This document shows positions 18,121 through 27,491 of a stretch of 51,106 bases of DNA, piece after piece. Positions within the stretch are counted from its first letter, which is position 1. Each line of letters starts with the position of its first letter. The notes under the pieces were generated by a model. That model had not been told where the DNA came from and made no database searches. It was given only the letters and a program-made list of their open reading frames with translations. The DNA comes from an uncultured Alphaproteobacteria bacterium (GTDB lineage Bacteria > Pseudomonadota > Alphaproteobacteria > JAAXGF01): positions 1 to 51,106 of the forward strand of contig CAYYWV010000003.1 in assembly GCA_964475385.1 (NCBI GenBank). Reading direction: 5' to 3'. A program made the translations under genes and the position numbers.

Positions 18121-18498
18121 ATGAAACGGGGCCTTCTCGCGCTCGTGCTCGCGGCTCTGGTCGCGCTCGCCCCGGCGAACGTGACGGCCGATGACGACCA
18201 CGAACGCGCCCGCCGCGCTTTCGAGTCCGGCGAAATCGTAGGCCTGCGCCAGATCCTCGGTCGCGTCCAATCCACTTACCAGGGCAAGATCCTGGAGATC
18301 GAGCTCAGAGAGCGTCGGCGCGACGGTTGGGGGCCACCGTGGGTATATATGGTCAAGGTGCTGACGCCTCAAGGCCATGTGCTTGCGCTTGAGCTCGACG
18401 CCAAGACGACGCGCGTGCTCCGCGTGCGCGGGCGGGGCGGCGATCGCGACGATTTCGAGCGTGAAAAAAAGAAACGGAAGAGGGGCCACGACGACTGA
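18121..18498 (+). CDS. PepSY-domain exported protein
   Basis: Signal peptide, DDDHERARRAFESGEI, GKILEIEL, LELDAKT; typical first gene of PepSY-RR-HK operons. Confidence 0.88.
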   Translation: MKRGLLALVLAALVALAPANVTADDDHERARRAFESGEIVGLRQILGRVQSTYQGKILEIELRERRRDGWGPPWVYMVKVLTPQGHVLALELDAKTTRVLRVRGRGGDRDDFEREKKKRKRGHDD

Positions 18499-19184
18499 TG
18501 CGCATTCTTCTGGTCGAAGACGAGCGCGCGCTCGCCGCCCAGGTCGCCGCCGCGCTTCGAAACGCCGGCTATACGGTGGACGTCGCCTACGACGGCGAAG
18601 AAGCCCATTACCTGGGCGAGGTCGAGCCCTATGACGCCGTGGTGCTCGACCTCGGGCTGCCGGTGCTCGACGGGCTCTCGGTCCTGCGCCGCTGGCGCGA
18701 GGCCGGACGCGACATGCCGGTCCTCATCCTTACCGCGCGCGACCGCTGGAGCGAGAAGGTCGAGGGCTTCGATTCGGGGGCCGACGACTACGTCGCCAAG
18801 CCTTTCAACATGGAGGAGCTGCTCGCCCGCATCCGCGCGCTGATCCGCCGCGCCGCCGGCCACGCGACGCCCGAGCTGGTCTGCGGCCCGGTCCGGGTGG
18901 ACACCCGGTCCAGCCGGGTCAGCGTCGACGGCGCGCCGGTGACGCTCACCGCCCACGAGTACAAGCTGCTCGCCTACATGATGCACCATCAGGGCAAGGT
19001 GATCTCGCGCACCGAGCTGGTCGAGCACATCTACGGCCAGGACTTCGATCGCGATTCGAACACCATCGAAGTCTTCGTCGGCCGCTTGCGCAAGAAGCTC
19101 GGCGCCGACGTCATCCGGACCTTGCGGGGCCAGGGCTACATGTTGGCCGCGCCTGGGGATGCGTTGCCCGCGAATGAGGGCTAA
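18498..19184 (+). CDS. OmpR/PhoP-family response regulator (FeuP-like)
   Basis: MRILLVED, LDLGLP, LTARD, GADDYVAKPF, SNTIEVFVGRLRKK and TLRGQGY. Confidence 0.95.
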   Translation: MRILLVEDERALAAQVAAALRNAGYTVDVAYDGEEAHYLGEVEPYDAVVLDLGLPVLDGLSVLRRWREAGRDMPVLILTARDRWSEKVEGFDSGADDYVAKPFNMEELLARIRALIRRAAGHATPELVCGPVRVDTRSSRVSVDGAPVTLTAHEYKLLAYMMHHQGKVISRTELVEHIYGQDFDRDSNTIEVFVGRLRKKLGADVIRTLRGQGYMLAAPGDALPANEG

Positions 19185-20523
19185 CTCTCTCAGCTTTCGT
19201 CTCGCCGCCGGCGCGGCGCTGTGGATCACGGTCGCCCTGATCGTCGCGGGTTTCGTGCTTTCGGGCTTGTTTCGCGACCACGTCGAGCGAGGGTTCGAGC
19301 GCCAGATCATGCTCCAGCTCGATCGGCTCGCGGCGCTCAGCGAGGTCCGCCCGGGCGGCGTGGTCAAGCTGAAGCGCCTGCTGGCCGATCCCCGCTTCGA
19401 GCAACCCTACTCGGGCTGGTACTGGCAGATCACCAGCGACGACGGGCCGGTCCGCCGTTCGCGCTCGCTCTGGGATCAGGTGCTCGACCACACTCCCGTT
19501 CCGATCGCGTCGGGCGAGGTCCAGCGCTACACCGCCGAAGGCCCCGACAATCAGATCCTCTGGGGGCTGCGCCGGAATATCACCCTTCCGGGCTCGGGCC
19601 GGGTTTATCAAATTTCGGTCGCCGCCGACGTTTCCGAGCTGCGCGACGCTATCCGCGACTTCGATTCGACGCTGGCGCTTTCGCTTACCGCGCTCGGGGT
19701 CGGGCTTTTGATCGCGGTGGTGGTTCAGGTCCGGTTCGGCCTTCAGCCGCTCAGACACCTCCGCCACGCGCTGATCGACGTCCGCACCGGGCGAGCGACG
19801 CGGCTGGTCGGCCGCTTTCCCGAAGAGGTCAAGCCGATGGTCGCCGAGCTCAACGCGCTGCTCGATCACAACGCCCGGGTGGTCGAGCGCGCCCGCACCC
19901 ATGTCGGCAATTTGGCGCACGCGCTCAAGACCCCGCTCAGCGTAATCGCCAACGCCGCTTCCGGGGCCGGCGGCGAGCTCGGGGAGACCGTTCGTCAGCA
20001 GGCGCGGGTCATGTCCCGTCTGATCGACCATCACCTTGCGCGGGCGCGCATGGTGGCGGCGGGCGAGGTGCTCGGCGTGCGCACCGAGGTCGCGCCCGTC
20101 GCCGAAACCCTGCGTCGGACTCTCATGCGCATCTACGAGGATCGGAACATCGCCATCGCGGTCGAAGGCGGCGCCGACCTCGCCTTTCGGGGCGAGTCGC
20201 AAGACCTTCAGGAGATGCTCGGCAACGTCATGGACAACGCCTGCAAATGGGCGAGATCGCAGGTGAAGGTCACGCTTTCCGCCGCCGATGGACGGCTCGT
20301 GCTCGCCGTCGACGACGATGGGCCGGGGCTTGCTCCGGAAGCGCGCGCCCGGGTCTTCGACCGCGGCCGCCGGCTCGACGAGGCGGTGCCCGGCGACGGG
20401 CTCGGGCTCGCCATCGTGCGCGACGTGGCCGAGCTTTACGGCGGCGCGGTTCAGCTCGAGGACTCGCCGCTCGGGGGCCTGCGCGCGATTCTCGATTTGC
20501 CGGCGGCGGAAACCGCGTCCTGA
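19174..20523 (+). CDS. Sensor histidine kinase (FeuQ/PhoQ-like)
   Basis: Two TM helices, YSGWYWQI, H-box LAHALKTPL, DNACKW, DDDGPG and GDGLGLAIV. Confidence 0.95.
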   Translation: MRANSLSFRLAAGAALWITVALIVAGFVLSGLFRDHVERGFERQIMLQLDRLAALSEVRPGGVVKLKRLLADPRFEQPYSGWYWQITSDDGPVRRSRSLWDQVLDHTPVPIASGEVQRYTAEGPDNQILWGLRRNITLPGSGRVYQISVAADVSELRDAIRDFDSTLALSLTALGVGLLIAVVVQVRFGLQPLRHLRHALIDVRTGRATRLVGRFPEEVKPMVAELNALLDHNARVVERARTHVGNLAHALKTPLSVIANAASGAGGELGETVRQQARVMSRLIDHHLARARMVAAGEVLGVRTEVAPVAETLRRTLMRIYEDRNIAIAVEGGADLAFRGESQDLQEMLGNVMDNACKWARSQVKVTLSAADGRLVLAVDDDGPGLAPEARARVFDRGRRLDEAVPGDGLGLAIVRDVAELYGGAVQLEDSPLGGLRAILDLPAAETAS

Positions 20524-20571
20524 CGCAAAACGGGGTGGCGTCGGCTCCTGTCGCCCATGTATACGGGGCCT

Positions 20572-21834
20572 ATGTCCTCGCAGTCGCAGGGTGATCCCCC
20601 ATCGTCGGTCGTCGTGATCGGCGCGGGCGTCGTCGGTCTCTGCGCCGCGCGCTGGCTTCAACGCGAGGGCTTCGCGGTTACCGTGGCCGACCCGGCGCCG
20701 CCGGGCGAATCCTGCTCGTTCGGCAATGCGGGAATCATCGCGACCGGGGCGGTCGCGCCGGTGGCGATGCCGGGCGTCTTCGGCAAGCTGCCGCGCTGGC
20801 TCTTCGACCCGGTCGGGCCGTTGCGGCTGCGCTGGGGGTATCTGCCGCGGCTGCTCCCTTGGCTTTTGCGATTCGTCGCCGCCGCGCGGCCGGCGCGCGT
20901 CGCCGCGATCGCCGATGCGCTTCGGGCGCTCAACGCGCCGGCGCTCGACGCTTGGCGAGCGCTTCTGGGGCCGGCCGACTTCGCCGATCTGATCCGCGCC
21001 GAGGGCCTGGTCTACGTCTACCGCGACGAGGCGGCGCGCAAGGCCGATTCTTACGGCTGGGCGCTGCGGCGCGCGCGCGGAGTGGCGTTCCGCCCTTTGG
21101 ACGCCGCCGCGCTCCGCGCGGTCGAGCCTGCGCTCGGCCCCGGCTGGACCGCCGCGATGCTGCTCGAGGACGGCGGCCACACGGTCGATCCCCTGCGGCT
21201 CTCGCGCCGCCTTGCGGAGCGTTTCGTCGCCGACGGCGGGCGGCTCGTCGCGGCCCGAGTCACGGGGCTCGATGTGGGCGGCGACGGACGGGTCGCGGTG
21301 CGCACCGACCAGGGCGGCACACCCCCGGGCCGGGTCGTCGTCGCCGCCGGGGCCTGGTCGCGGCCGCTCGCCCGAATGCTCGGCGCGCGCGTGCCGCTGG
21401 ATACCGAGCGCGGCTACCACGTCACTCTGCCCAACCCCGGGGTGACGCTGCGCCGCCCGGTCGCGGCGCCCGATCTCGGCTTTATCGCAACCCCGATGGC
21501 GGTGGGCTTGCGCATCGCCGGCACGGTCGAGTTCGGCGGCCTCGAAGCGCCGCCCGATATGCGCCGGGCGCGGGCTCTGCTCCGCCACGGACGCGCGCTG
21601 TTTCCCGGCCTTTGCGATAGCGGCGCATCCACCTGGATGGGTTTCCGTCCTTCGCTTCCCGATTCGCTTCCCGTCATCGGCCGGGCGCGGCCCGGGGTGG
21701 AGGCTTGGCTCGCCTTCGGCCACGGCCATCTCGGCCTTACCGAAGGCGCGATCACAGGCCGGCTTGTCGCTGAGATGATTGCGGGGCGCGCCCCCGCGAT
21801 CGACGTCGCGCCCTACCGGCCCGATCGGTTCTGA
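20572..21834 (+). CDS. FAD-dependent D-amino-acid dehydrogenase-like oxidoreductase
   Basis: IGAGVVG, SFGNAG, ERGYH, WMGFRPSLPDSLPVIG and FGHGHLGLT. Confidence 0.9.
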   Translation: MSSQSQGDPPSSVVVIGAGVVGLCAARWLQREGFAVTVADPAPPGESCSFGNAGIIATGAVAPVAMPGVFGKLPRWLFDPVGPLRLRWGYLPRLLPWLLRFVAAARPARVAAIADALRALNAPALDAWRALLGPADFADLIRAEGLVYVYRDEAARKADSYGWALRRARGVAFRPLDAAALRAVEPALGPGWTAAMLLEDGGHTVDPLRLSRRLAERFVADGGRLVAARVTGLDVGGDGRVAVRTDQGGTPPGRVVVAAGAWSRPLARMLGARVPLDTERGYHVTLPNPGVTLRRPVAAPDLGFIATPMAVGLRIAGTVEFGGLEAPPDMRRARALLRHGRALFPGLCDSGASTWMGFRPSLPDSLPVIGRARPGVEAWLAFGHGHLGLTEGAITGRLVAEMIAGRAPAIDVAPYRPDRF

Positions 21835-21837
21835 TGC

Positions 21838-22281
21838 TTACGGCCGGCTCGCCGCGGCGCGGATGAAAGGCGTGAAGGCGGGAAAGGCGAGGCTCGCGCG
21901 ATAGACGATCGCCTCGCGGTAGGCGGGCGCGCGACGGATGGCGGCGCGCACGATGGTCGCCACCGAGCCCGGGCGCTGGCGGATCGCGCCGACCACCACA
22001 TCGACCACCGAGGACTCTTGGATGCGCTGGCGGGTGCGCTGGGCGATCTCGTCGCGCGCCGGGTTGCCGACGAGACCGGCGCTGATCGCCGCGTTGCGCC
22101 CCGCGGCCTCGCCGGCCGCCATCGCGTCTTCGAGCGCAGCGGCAAACCCCGGCGGCAGCGGGCCTTCCTGGGCGTCCGCCGCGGCGGGCGCAAAAGCGGC
22201 CAGGGCGCAGACGACAAGCGCGCCCGCAAGGCGGGGCGGGAGAAGGCGTATCGCACCGTGAAAAACAGCGAAAACCGTCAT
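21838..22281 (-). CDS. Hypothetical exported alanine-rich helical protein
   Basis: Signal-like [20 protein letters not shown]; fills the gap between flanking genes; start uncertain. Confidence 0.55.
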   Translation of the reverse strand: MTVFAVFHGAIRLLPPRLAGALVVCALAAFAPAAADAQEGPLPPGFAAALEDAMAAGEAAGRNAAISAGLVGNPARDEIAQRTRQRIQESSVVDVVVGAIRQRPGSVATIVRAAIRRAPAYREAIVYRASLAFPAFTPFIRAAASRP

Positions 22282-22418
22282 TCGCGCATTCTCCGCAAAC
22301 GCGACGGCCCAGGCGCAGGTCAAGGGTATCGCCGCCCGCGCGCGGCCACAAGCGGCCAATCGTCTTCCGCTCGGCCGCGCCGCCTGCTATGACGATAACG
22401 ACGAACCAGGGAGGGGCC

Positions 22419-23081
22419 ATGAAAAAAGGCGTTCTCGGTCTCGACGATCGGCTTTACGACTACCTTCTTTCGGTCTCGCTCCGCGAGCCCGAGATCTTGA
22501 GACGCCTGCGCGAAGAGACCGCGGCGCTTCCGGACGCGGTCATGCAGATCGCGCCCGAGCAGGGGCAGTTCATGCGCCTGCTGGCCGAGCTCATCGGCGC
22601 CCGCCAGGCGATCGAGGTCGGCGTGTTCACCGGATACTCGAGCCTGTCGGTCGCGCTCGCGCTGCCCGCCGACGGCCGGCTCGTCGCCTGCGACGTGAGC
22701 GAGGAATGGACGGCGATCGCGCGCCGCTACTGGGCCGAGGCCGGCGTGGCCGACCGGATCGAGCTTCGCCTCGCGCCGGCGCTTGAGACCCTCGATGCGC
22801 TGCTCGCCGCGGGCGAGGCCGAGATCTTCGACCTCGCCTTCATCGACGCCGACAAGACCGGATACGCCGCCTATTACGAGCGAATCCTGGCGCTCCTGCG
22901 CCCGGGCGGGCTGGTCCTGATCGACAACGTGCTGTGGAGCGGCAAGGTCGTCGATCCCGCCGTCGACGACGAGGACACCCGCGCCCTTCGCGCTTTCAAC
23001 GCGATGCTGCACGCCGACGAGCGCGTGAGCCTCAGCATGCTTCCCATCGCCGACGGCCTTACGCTCGCCCGCAAGCGGTGA
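22419..23081 (+). CDS. Cation-dependent SAM O-methyltransferase (CCoAOMT-like)
   Basis: [34 protein letters not shown] and DGLT; GGAGG SD. Confidence 0.93.
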   Translation: MKKGVLGLDDRLYDYLLSVSLREPEILRRLREETAALPDAVMQIAPEQGQFMRLLAELIGARQAIEVGVFTGYSSLSVALALPADGRLVACDVSEEWTAIARRYWAEAGVADRIELRLAPALETLDALLAAGEAEIFDLAFIDADKTGYAAYYERILALLRPGGLVLIDNVLWSGKVVDPAVDDEDTRALRAFNAMLHADERVSLSMLPIADGLTLARKR

Positions 23082-23330
23082 GCTCGGCGAGCGCGGGACC
23101 GTCGAACAGGGCTCCAGAGGGCCTCGATCTTGGGGCCATAGGCGCGGTCTCCGGCGTAAGGAGGAATGCGCGCGCGGACCAGCGCGGGAGCGCCTCCACA
23201 TCGGCGCCTGCCCGCTCGCTGCGCTGGGCGAGCGCGACGGAGGCGGCGTCCGCCCTTTCCCTTACCCTTGATGCGCTCGGCGCTGCGCCCCCAACGAATC
23301 ACCAACCGGGTTCGCGCTCGGGCGCGCAAC

Positions 23331-24632
23331 TCACAGGCCCGTGTCCGGCGCGGCGGCGGTCGCCGCTTCCTGCGCGCGCACGGCCGCCGCGAGCGCGTCG
23401 ATCAGGGCGGGCGTAATCCGGCCGTCGACGCGCAGCCCCTTGCGCCTCTGGAAGGCCCGGATCGCCGCCCGGGTTCCGCCGCCGACCATGCCGTCGACCG
23501 CTCCGGCGTACAACCCCAGCGTCTTGAGATAGCGCTGGACCGTGAGCTCGTCGCGGCCGAAGGCGGCGGTCGGACGGGGCTGGGCGCGTACAGGGCGCGG
23601 CTTTTCGAGCTTGATCTGTTTGCGCAGAGCGGCGGCCCGGCGCGCCCCGGCGAGGCGCTCGCGGTCGTCCAGCCGGGCGGCGAGCTGATCGCGGTAGGAC
23701 GCGCCGGTCTCGTTGCTCTCGGCGGCGAGAAGCAACCAGGCATAGGCCTCGACCGGGTCGCGCGCGACCCCTTGGCCGTTGGCGAGCAGAAGGCCGAGGT
23801 TGGCCTGGGCGAGGCCGTCGCCGGTCAGCGCGGCGGCGCGGAACCAGCGCGCCGCGGCCGCGAGGTCGCGTCGAATGTCGGTGCCGAAGGCGAGGAGGAT
23901 GCCGAGATTGGTTTGGGCGGTCGCGAAGCCCTGCTCGGCGGCGCGCCGGTACCAGCGCACCGCCTCGCCCGTATCGGCGGCCACCCCGATTCCTTTCTCG
24001 TACATGTAGCCGAGGTTGTTCTGGGCCGGAGCGTAGCCCTGCTCGGCGGCGGCGCGGTAAAGCGCCACCGCGCGGGCGATATCGCGCGGAACCCCTTGGC
24101 CGAGGGCGTAGAGCCGGCCCAGATTGAACTGGGCGGGGGCGAAGCCGCGCGCGACCGCGGCGCTGTAGAGCGCGACCGCGCGGGCGATATCGGGGCCGCC
24201 GTCGACCCCGGTTTCGTAAGCGACGGCGAGGTTGAACGCGGCCTCGGGATAACCTTGTTCGGCGGCGCGTTCGTACCAGTGAAGCGCCTTTTTCGCATCG
24301 CGCCTAAGACCGAGGCCGCTGGCGTACATCTGACCCAGCCGGAACTGCGCCGGGGCGAACCGCCGATCGGCCGCGCGGCGATACCATTCGATCGCCCGGG
24401 CCGTGCTGCGCGGCACGCCGAAGCCGTTCTCGTAAAGCGCCCCGATGTTGTACATGGCGTCGAGGTCGCCGGCGCGGGCGAGCGGCATCCAGTGCGCCTT
24501 GGCGCGCGCGTAATCGCCGGCTTCGAAGGCCTTCCATCCGTCGTCGAAATCGGCGCGGGCGGGCGCGGCGAACGTCAGCGCGGCGGCCAAGGCCAGCGCG
24601 ATCAATCGCAGCCGTCGGAAAGAAGGCGTCAT
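23331..24632 (-). CDS. Exported Sel1-repeat protein with a C-terminal peptidoglycan-binding domain
   Basis: Signal peptide, seven Sel1 repeats (AQxNLGxxYxxGxGVxxD...A), C-terminal VQRYLKTLG...DGMVG...AIRAFQRRKGLRVDG. Confidence 0.9.
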   Translation of the reverse strand: MTPSFRRLRLIALALAAALTFAAPARADFDDGWKAFEAGDYARAKAHWMPLARAGDLDAMYNIGALYENGFGVPRSTARAIEWYRRAADRRFAPAQFRLGQMYASGLGLRRDAKKALHWYERAAEQGYPEAAFNLAVAYETGVDGGPDIARAVALYSAAVARGFAPAQFNLGRLYALGQGVPRDIARAVALYRAAAEQGYAPAQNNLGYMYEKGIGVAADTGEAVRWYRRAAEQGFATAQTNLGILLAFGTDIRRDLAAAARWFRAAALTGDGLAQANLGLLLANGQGVARDPVEAYAWLLLAAESNETGASYRDQLAARLDDRERLAGARRAAALRKQIKLEKPRPVRAQPRPTAAFGRDELTVQRYLKTLGLYAGAVDGMVGGGTRAAIRAFQRRKGLRVDGRITPALIDALAAAVRAQEAATAAAPDTGL

Positions 24633-24725
24633 ATCTCGGAGCGGGGCGGTGCCGATTGAGCGCATCATCATTTATGATGCGCGCATCCCGCGCGCCGCCG
24701 CAAGGACGCGTGCGCTTCGACGCCG

Positions 24726-25358
24726 ATGACGGAACCCATGTCGCCGAGCTACTGGACCGAAGCGGTCGCCCATCTCGCCGCCTGCGACGCCGTGCTCGCG
24801 GACATCATCGCCGCTTATCCGGCCGAGCGGCTCGAATCGCGCGACGACCCTTTTGGCACGCTCGCCCGCTCGATCGTCGGCCAGCAGATCTCGGTCAGGG
24901 CGGCGGCCGCGGTCTGGGAAAAGGTCGAACGCGCCCTCGGCGGCGCGGTGACGGCCGAGCGCATCGCTGCGGCCGACGAGGCTTACCTGCAGACCTGCGG
25001 GCTGTCCCGGTCCAAGTGTCGATATCTCAAGGATCTCGCCCAAAAGTTCCTCGCCGGCGCGGTCGATCCCGCGGGTTGGGCCGGGCGTTCGGACGAGGCG
25101 GTGGTGGCCGAGCTCACCCGGGTCAAGGGGATCGGCCGTTGGACGGCGGAGATGTTTCTGATCTTCCATCTCATGCGGCCCGACGTGCTGCCGCTCGCCG
25201 ACATCGGCTTGCAAAGGGCGGTGGCGCGCCACTATGGCCGCGGCGGCCGCGCCGAGCCCGACGAGGTGGCGCGGATCGCGCGCCCGTGGCGGCCGTGGCG
25301 GTCGGTCGCGACCTGGTATCTGTGGCGGAGCCTCGATCCTTTGCCCGTAGCCTACTGA
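24726..25358 (+). CDS. alkA: DNA-3-methyladenine glycosylase II (HhH-GPD)
   Basis: IVGQQIS, CGLSRSK, HhH VKGIGRWTAEM, PDVLPLAD and PWRSVATWYLW. Confidence 0.9.
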   Translation: MTEPMSPSYWTEAVAHLAACDAVLADIIAAYPAERLESRDDPFGTLARSIVGQQISVRAAAAVWEKVERALGGAVTAERIAAADEAYLQTCGLSRSKCRYLKDLAQKFLAGAVDPAGWAGRSDEAVVAELTRVKGIGRWTAEMFLIFHLMRPDVLPLADIGLQRAVARHYGRGGRAEPDEVARIARPWRPWRSVATWYLWRSLDPLPVAY

Positions 25359-25392
25359 GAGGTCGAGGGACGGGGCCAAGGCCGGCGCGCGT

Positions 25393-26211
25393 TCAGTCCG
25401 CGACTGCGGGAGCGGCGAGCGCGACGGCGATTCCGCGGGCCGGCGGTCCGCGCCGCGCGGGCGCGCCCGGCGAGCGGCACGGCGGCGCCGTGAGTTCGCC
25501 CGGGCACAGGCGGATCGCCCAGGCGTCGGCGATCCCGCGGGCGGCGATGGCGTCGCGCATGGCGTCGATCGCTGCGCCGTCGAGAGGGCCGACCACCACC
25601 CGGAACCAGACCTTGCCCTCGACGATCCCGATCGCGATCGAAGGCGAGAATGCGGCGAATTTTTGAACCAGAACCTGGGCCCGGTCGGCGAGTCGGAAGC
25701 TGCCGATGACCAGAAAGACGGCGGGCTCGCGCGCGGCGTCTGTCTTTTCGTCGGCGGGCGCGGGCTGTGGTGTGGTGATGACATTCGTAACGGGCGCTTC
25801 GTCGAGCGCGGCGAGCACGATCGGCCGCGGCGGCTCGGGCGCGCGCGGCGCAGGCAGCGGCGCTTCGGCGACGAGCACGGGCTTGGGCGCGCTCGGCGGC
25901 GTCGAGCGTGATGCGCGGTCGCGAATCGGCGCATCGGGCGCGCGGGCGAGCGTGGCCGCGTCGGCGAGCCGGCAGACGGCGCCGAGATCGCCGCTGCTGA
26001 GCCCGCGCATGATCGAGCAGTCGCGCTGGGTGACGAAGGACAGGGCATGTGAGGTTACGCTCTTGCCCGAGGTCGCCAGGCTGAGCCCGTCGAGCGCGGT
26101 GCTCGCCACCATCGCCGCCGGCGGCAGAAGGCAGCCGCCGAGAAACAAGACCGTCGACAACGCCAGCGGCCGGAGGGCCGCATTCAGCGTGAGGGGAAGG
26201 GATATGCTCAT
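25393..26211 (-). CDS. SPOR-domain lipoprotein
   Basis: Lipobox LGGC, Pro/Ala linker, C-terminal LVIGSF...WFRVVVGP. Confidence 0.8.
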   Translation of the reverse strand: MSISLPLTLNAALRPLALSTVLFLGGCLLPPAAMVASTALDGLSLATSGKSVTSHALSFVTQRDCSIMRGLSSGDLGAVCRLADAATLARAPDAPIRDRASRSTPPSAPKPVLVAEAPLPAPRAPEPPRPIVLAALDEAPVTNVITTPQPAPADEKTDAAREPAVFLVIGSFRLADRAQVLVQKFAAFSPSIAIGIVEGKVWFRVVVGPLDGAAIDAMRDAIAARGIADAWAIRLCPGELTAPPCRSPGAPARRGPPARGIAVALAAPAVAD

Positions 26212-26287
26212 GGGGGCACCGATCGGAGATCCGGCGGGAACGCCTCGCTACGGCTCTGGACCGCGTTATCGTTAATAGAGGTTAAGG

Positions 26288-26304
26288 GTTAAGAGGGGGT
26301 TAAC
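26288..26304. promoter_or_regulatory. CtrA binding site
   Basis: TTAA-GAGGGGG-TTAAC on plus and TTAA-CCCCCTC-TTAAC on minus; extra GTTAA half-sites at 26271 and 26281. Confidence 0.75.
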
Positions 26305-26411
26305 GGGTTCTGAGAGATGTCCGCTCGGCTCCCATAGATGTTGTCGTGAGCCTGGAAGTCGCTTACTATATCTTGAGTTTTTCCGTCGTCCGATCTCGGA
26401 ACGTCCCCGTT

Positions 26412-27392
26412 ATGGCCCTTTGGGACAGAGACCGCGCCAGAGCCGAAGCCGCCACTGCCTCGCGAGGGCGCGTGGTCTTTCTCGGTTTCGCGCTCGCGTT
26501 CGCGCTCGGCGGCTGCACAAGCGCCCCCAGGGACATGGCGCTCGTCGACAGCGGCGCGGGCGCTTTCGTCGCCGGCGATACGGCCGGGGCCGAGAAGCAG
26601 CTTCGCGAGGCGCTTGCGATCAACCCCGACAACGCCTACGCCCTGATTACGCTGGCTGCGATCTTCGAGCGCACCGGGCGCGCGGACGAGGCCCGCAAGC
26701 TCTACGGCGAGGTGGCCGCCCGCGGCGGGGCCGCGGAGTCCAGCCCGCTCGGCGTCGAGGCGGAGGAGCGCGCCGCGCTCGCCGCGCTCGCCCGCGAGCG
26801 GCTCGCCGCGCTTGACGCAGGCGCGAAGGAAGGCCGGAAGGCCGAAAACGAATCGCTCGAGACCGTCTTCGCCAATCTCGCCCAGGTCACGGGCGATCTG
26901 CGCCGGCTTTCAAGCGCGCTCGGCGCGCGGGCGATGACCGCCGGAGAGCGCGCCGAAAAGGCGGCTGCGAAAGGCGAGGCGCGGCCTCGGACCGACGCCG
27001 GAGAGCCGATCGTGCTGGTCCCGCAACCGGCGGACGCATCCGCGCCGGCGGCCGCGAGCGAGAAAAAACCTCCGCCCCCCGCCACTGCGAAGGCGGCGGA
27101 GGCCAAGAGCGCGTCCGCCGAGGGCATCCGCCTTCACATCGCCTCGTATCGGACCAAGGCGCGCGCCCGCAAGGGCTGGCGCGAGGAGGCGGGCCGTTAC
27201 CCCGATCTCCTCGGCGGCCTCGATCATGCGATCGTGCGGGTCGATCTCGGCCCCGGCATGGGGGTCTTTTACCGGGTTCTGGCCGGCCCGGTCGCCGACG
27301 AGCGCGCGGCGCGCGCGCTCTGCGCCCGGCTCAAGGTCCGCGGCGCTTACTGCGCGCTGGTGTTCCCCGAGGCCGGTTCTTCGGCCGAGTGA
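26412..27392 (+). CDS. TPR + SPOR-domain lipoprotein
   Basis: Lipobox LGGC, TPR (ALAINPDNAYALITLA...GRADEARKLY), C-terminal LHIASYR...FYRVLAGP...LCARLK. Confidence 0.82.
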   Translation: MALWDRDRARAEAATASRGRVVFLGFALAFALGGCTSAPRDMALVDSGAGAFVAGDTAGAEKQLREALAINPDNAYALITLAAIFERTGRADEARKLYGEVAARGGAAESSPLGVEAEERAALAALARERLAALDAGAKEGRKAENESLETVFANLAQVTGDLRRLSSALGARAMTAGERAEKAAAKGEARPRTDAGEPIVLVPQPADASAPAAASEKKPPPPATAKAAEAKSASAEGIRLHIASYRTKARARKGWREEAGRYPDLLGGLDHAIVRVDLGPGMGVFYRVLAGPVADERAARALCARLKVRGAYCALVFPEAGSSAE

Positions 27393-27491
27393 CCGCGACC
27401 GCCCGGGCCGCGGTTGACGCTGGGACGCGCGGCTGTGAAGATGCCGCGCCGTCGTGACGCCTTGCCGTAATCTGGATCCGGATCGCCGCCG

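Noticed and set aside
19111-21729. 872-aa minus-strand ORF and many other long Arg/Pro/Ala-rich overlapping ORFs
   Set aside because: These are expected stop-poor shadow frames in high-GC DNA; they have no motifs and overlap well-supported genes.
23158-23168. Strong AAGGAGG next to ATG 23166
   Set aside because: The SD-to-ATG spacing is 1 nt, and the ORF is antisense to the Sel1 gene.
13206-25358. ATL and AlkA as an alkylation-repair island
   Set aside because: They are 11 kb apart, separated by unrelated genes, and no shared regulatory motif was seen.
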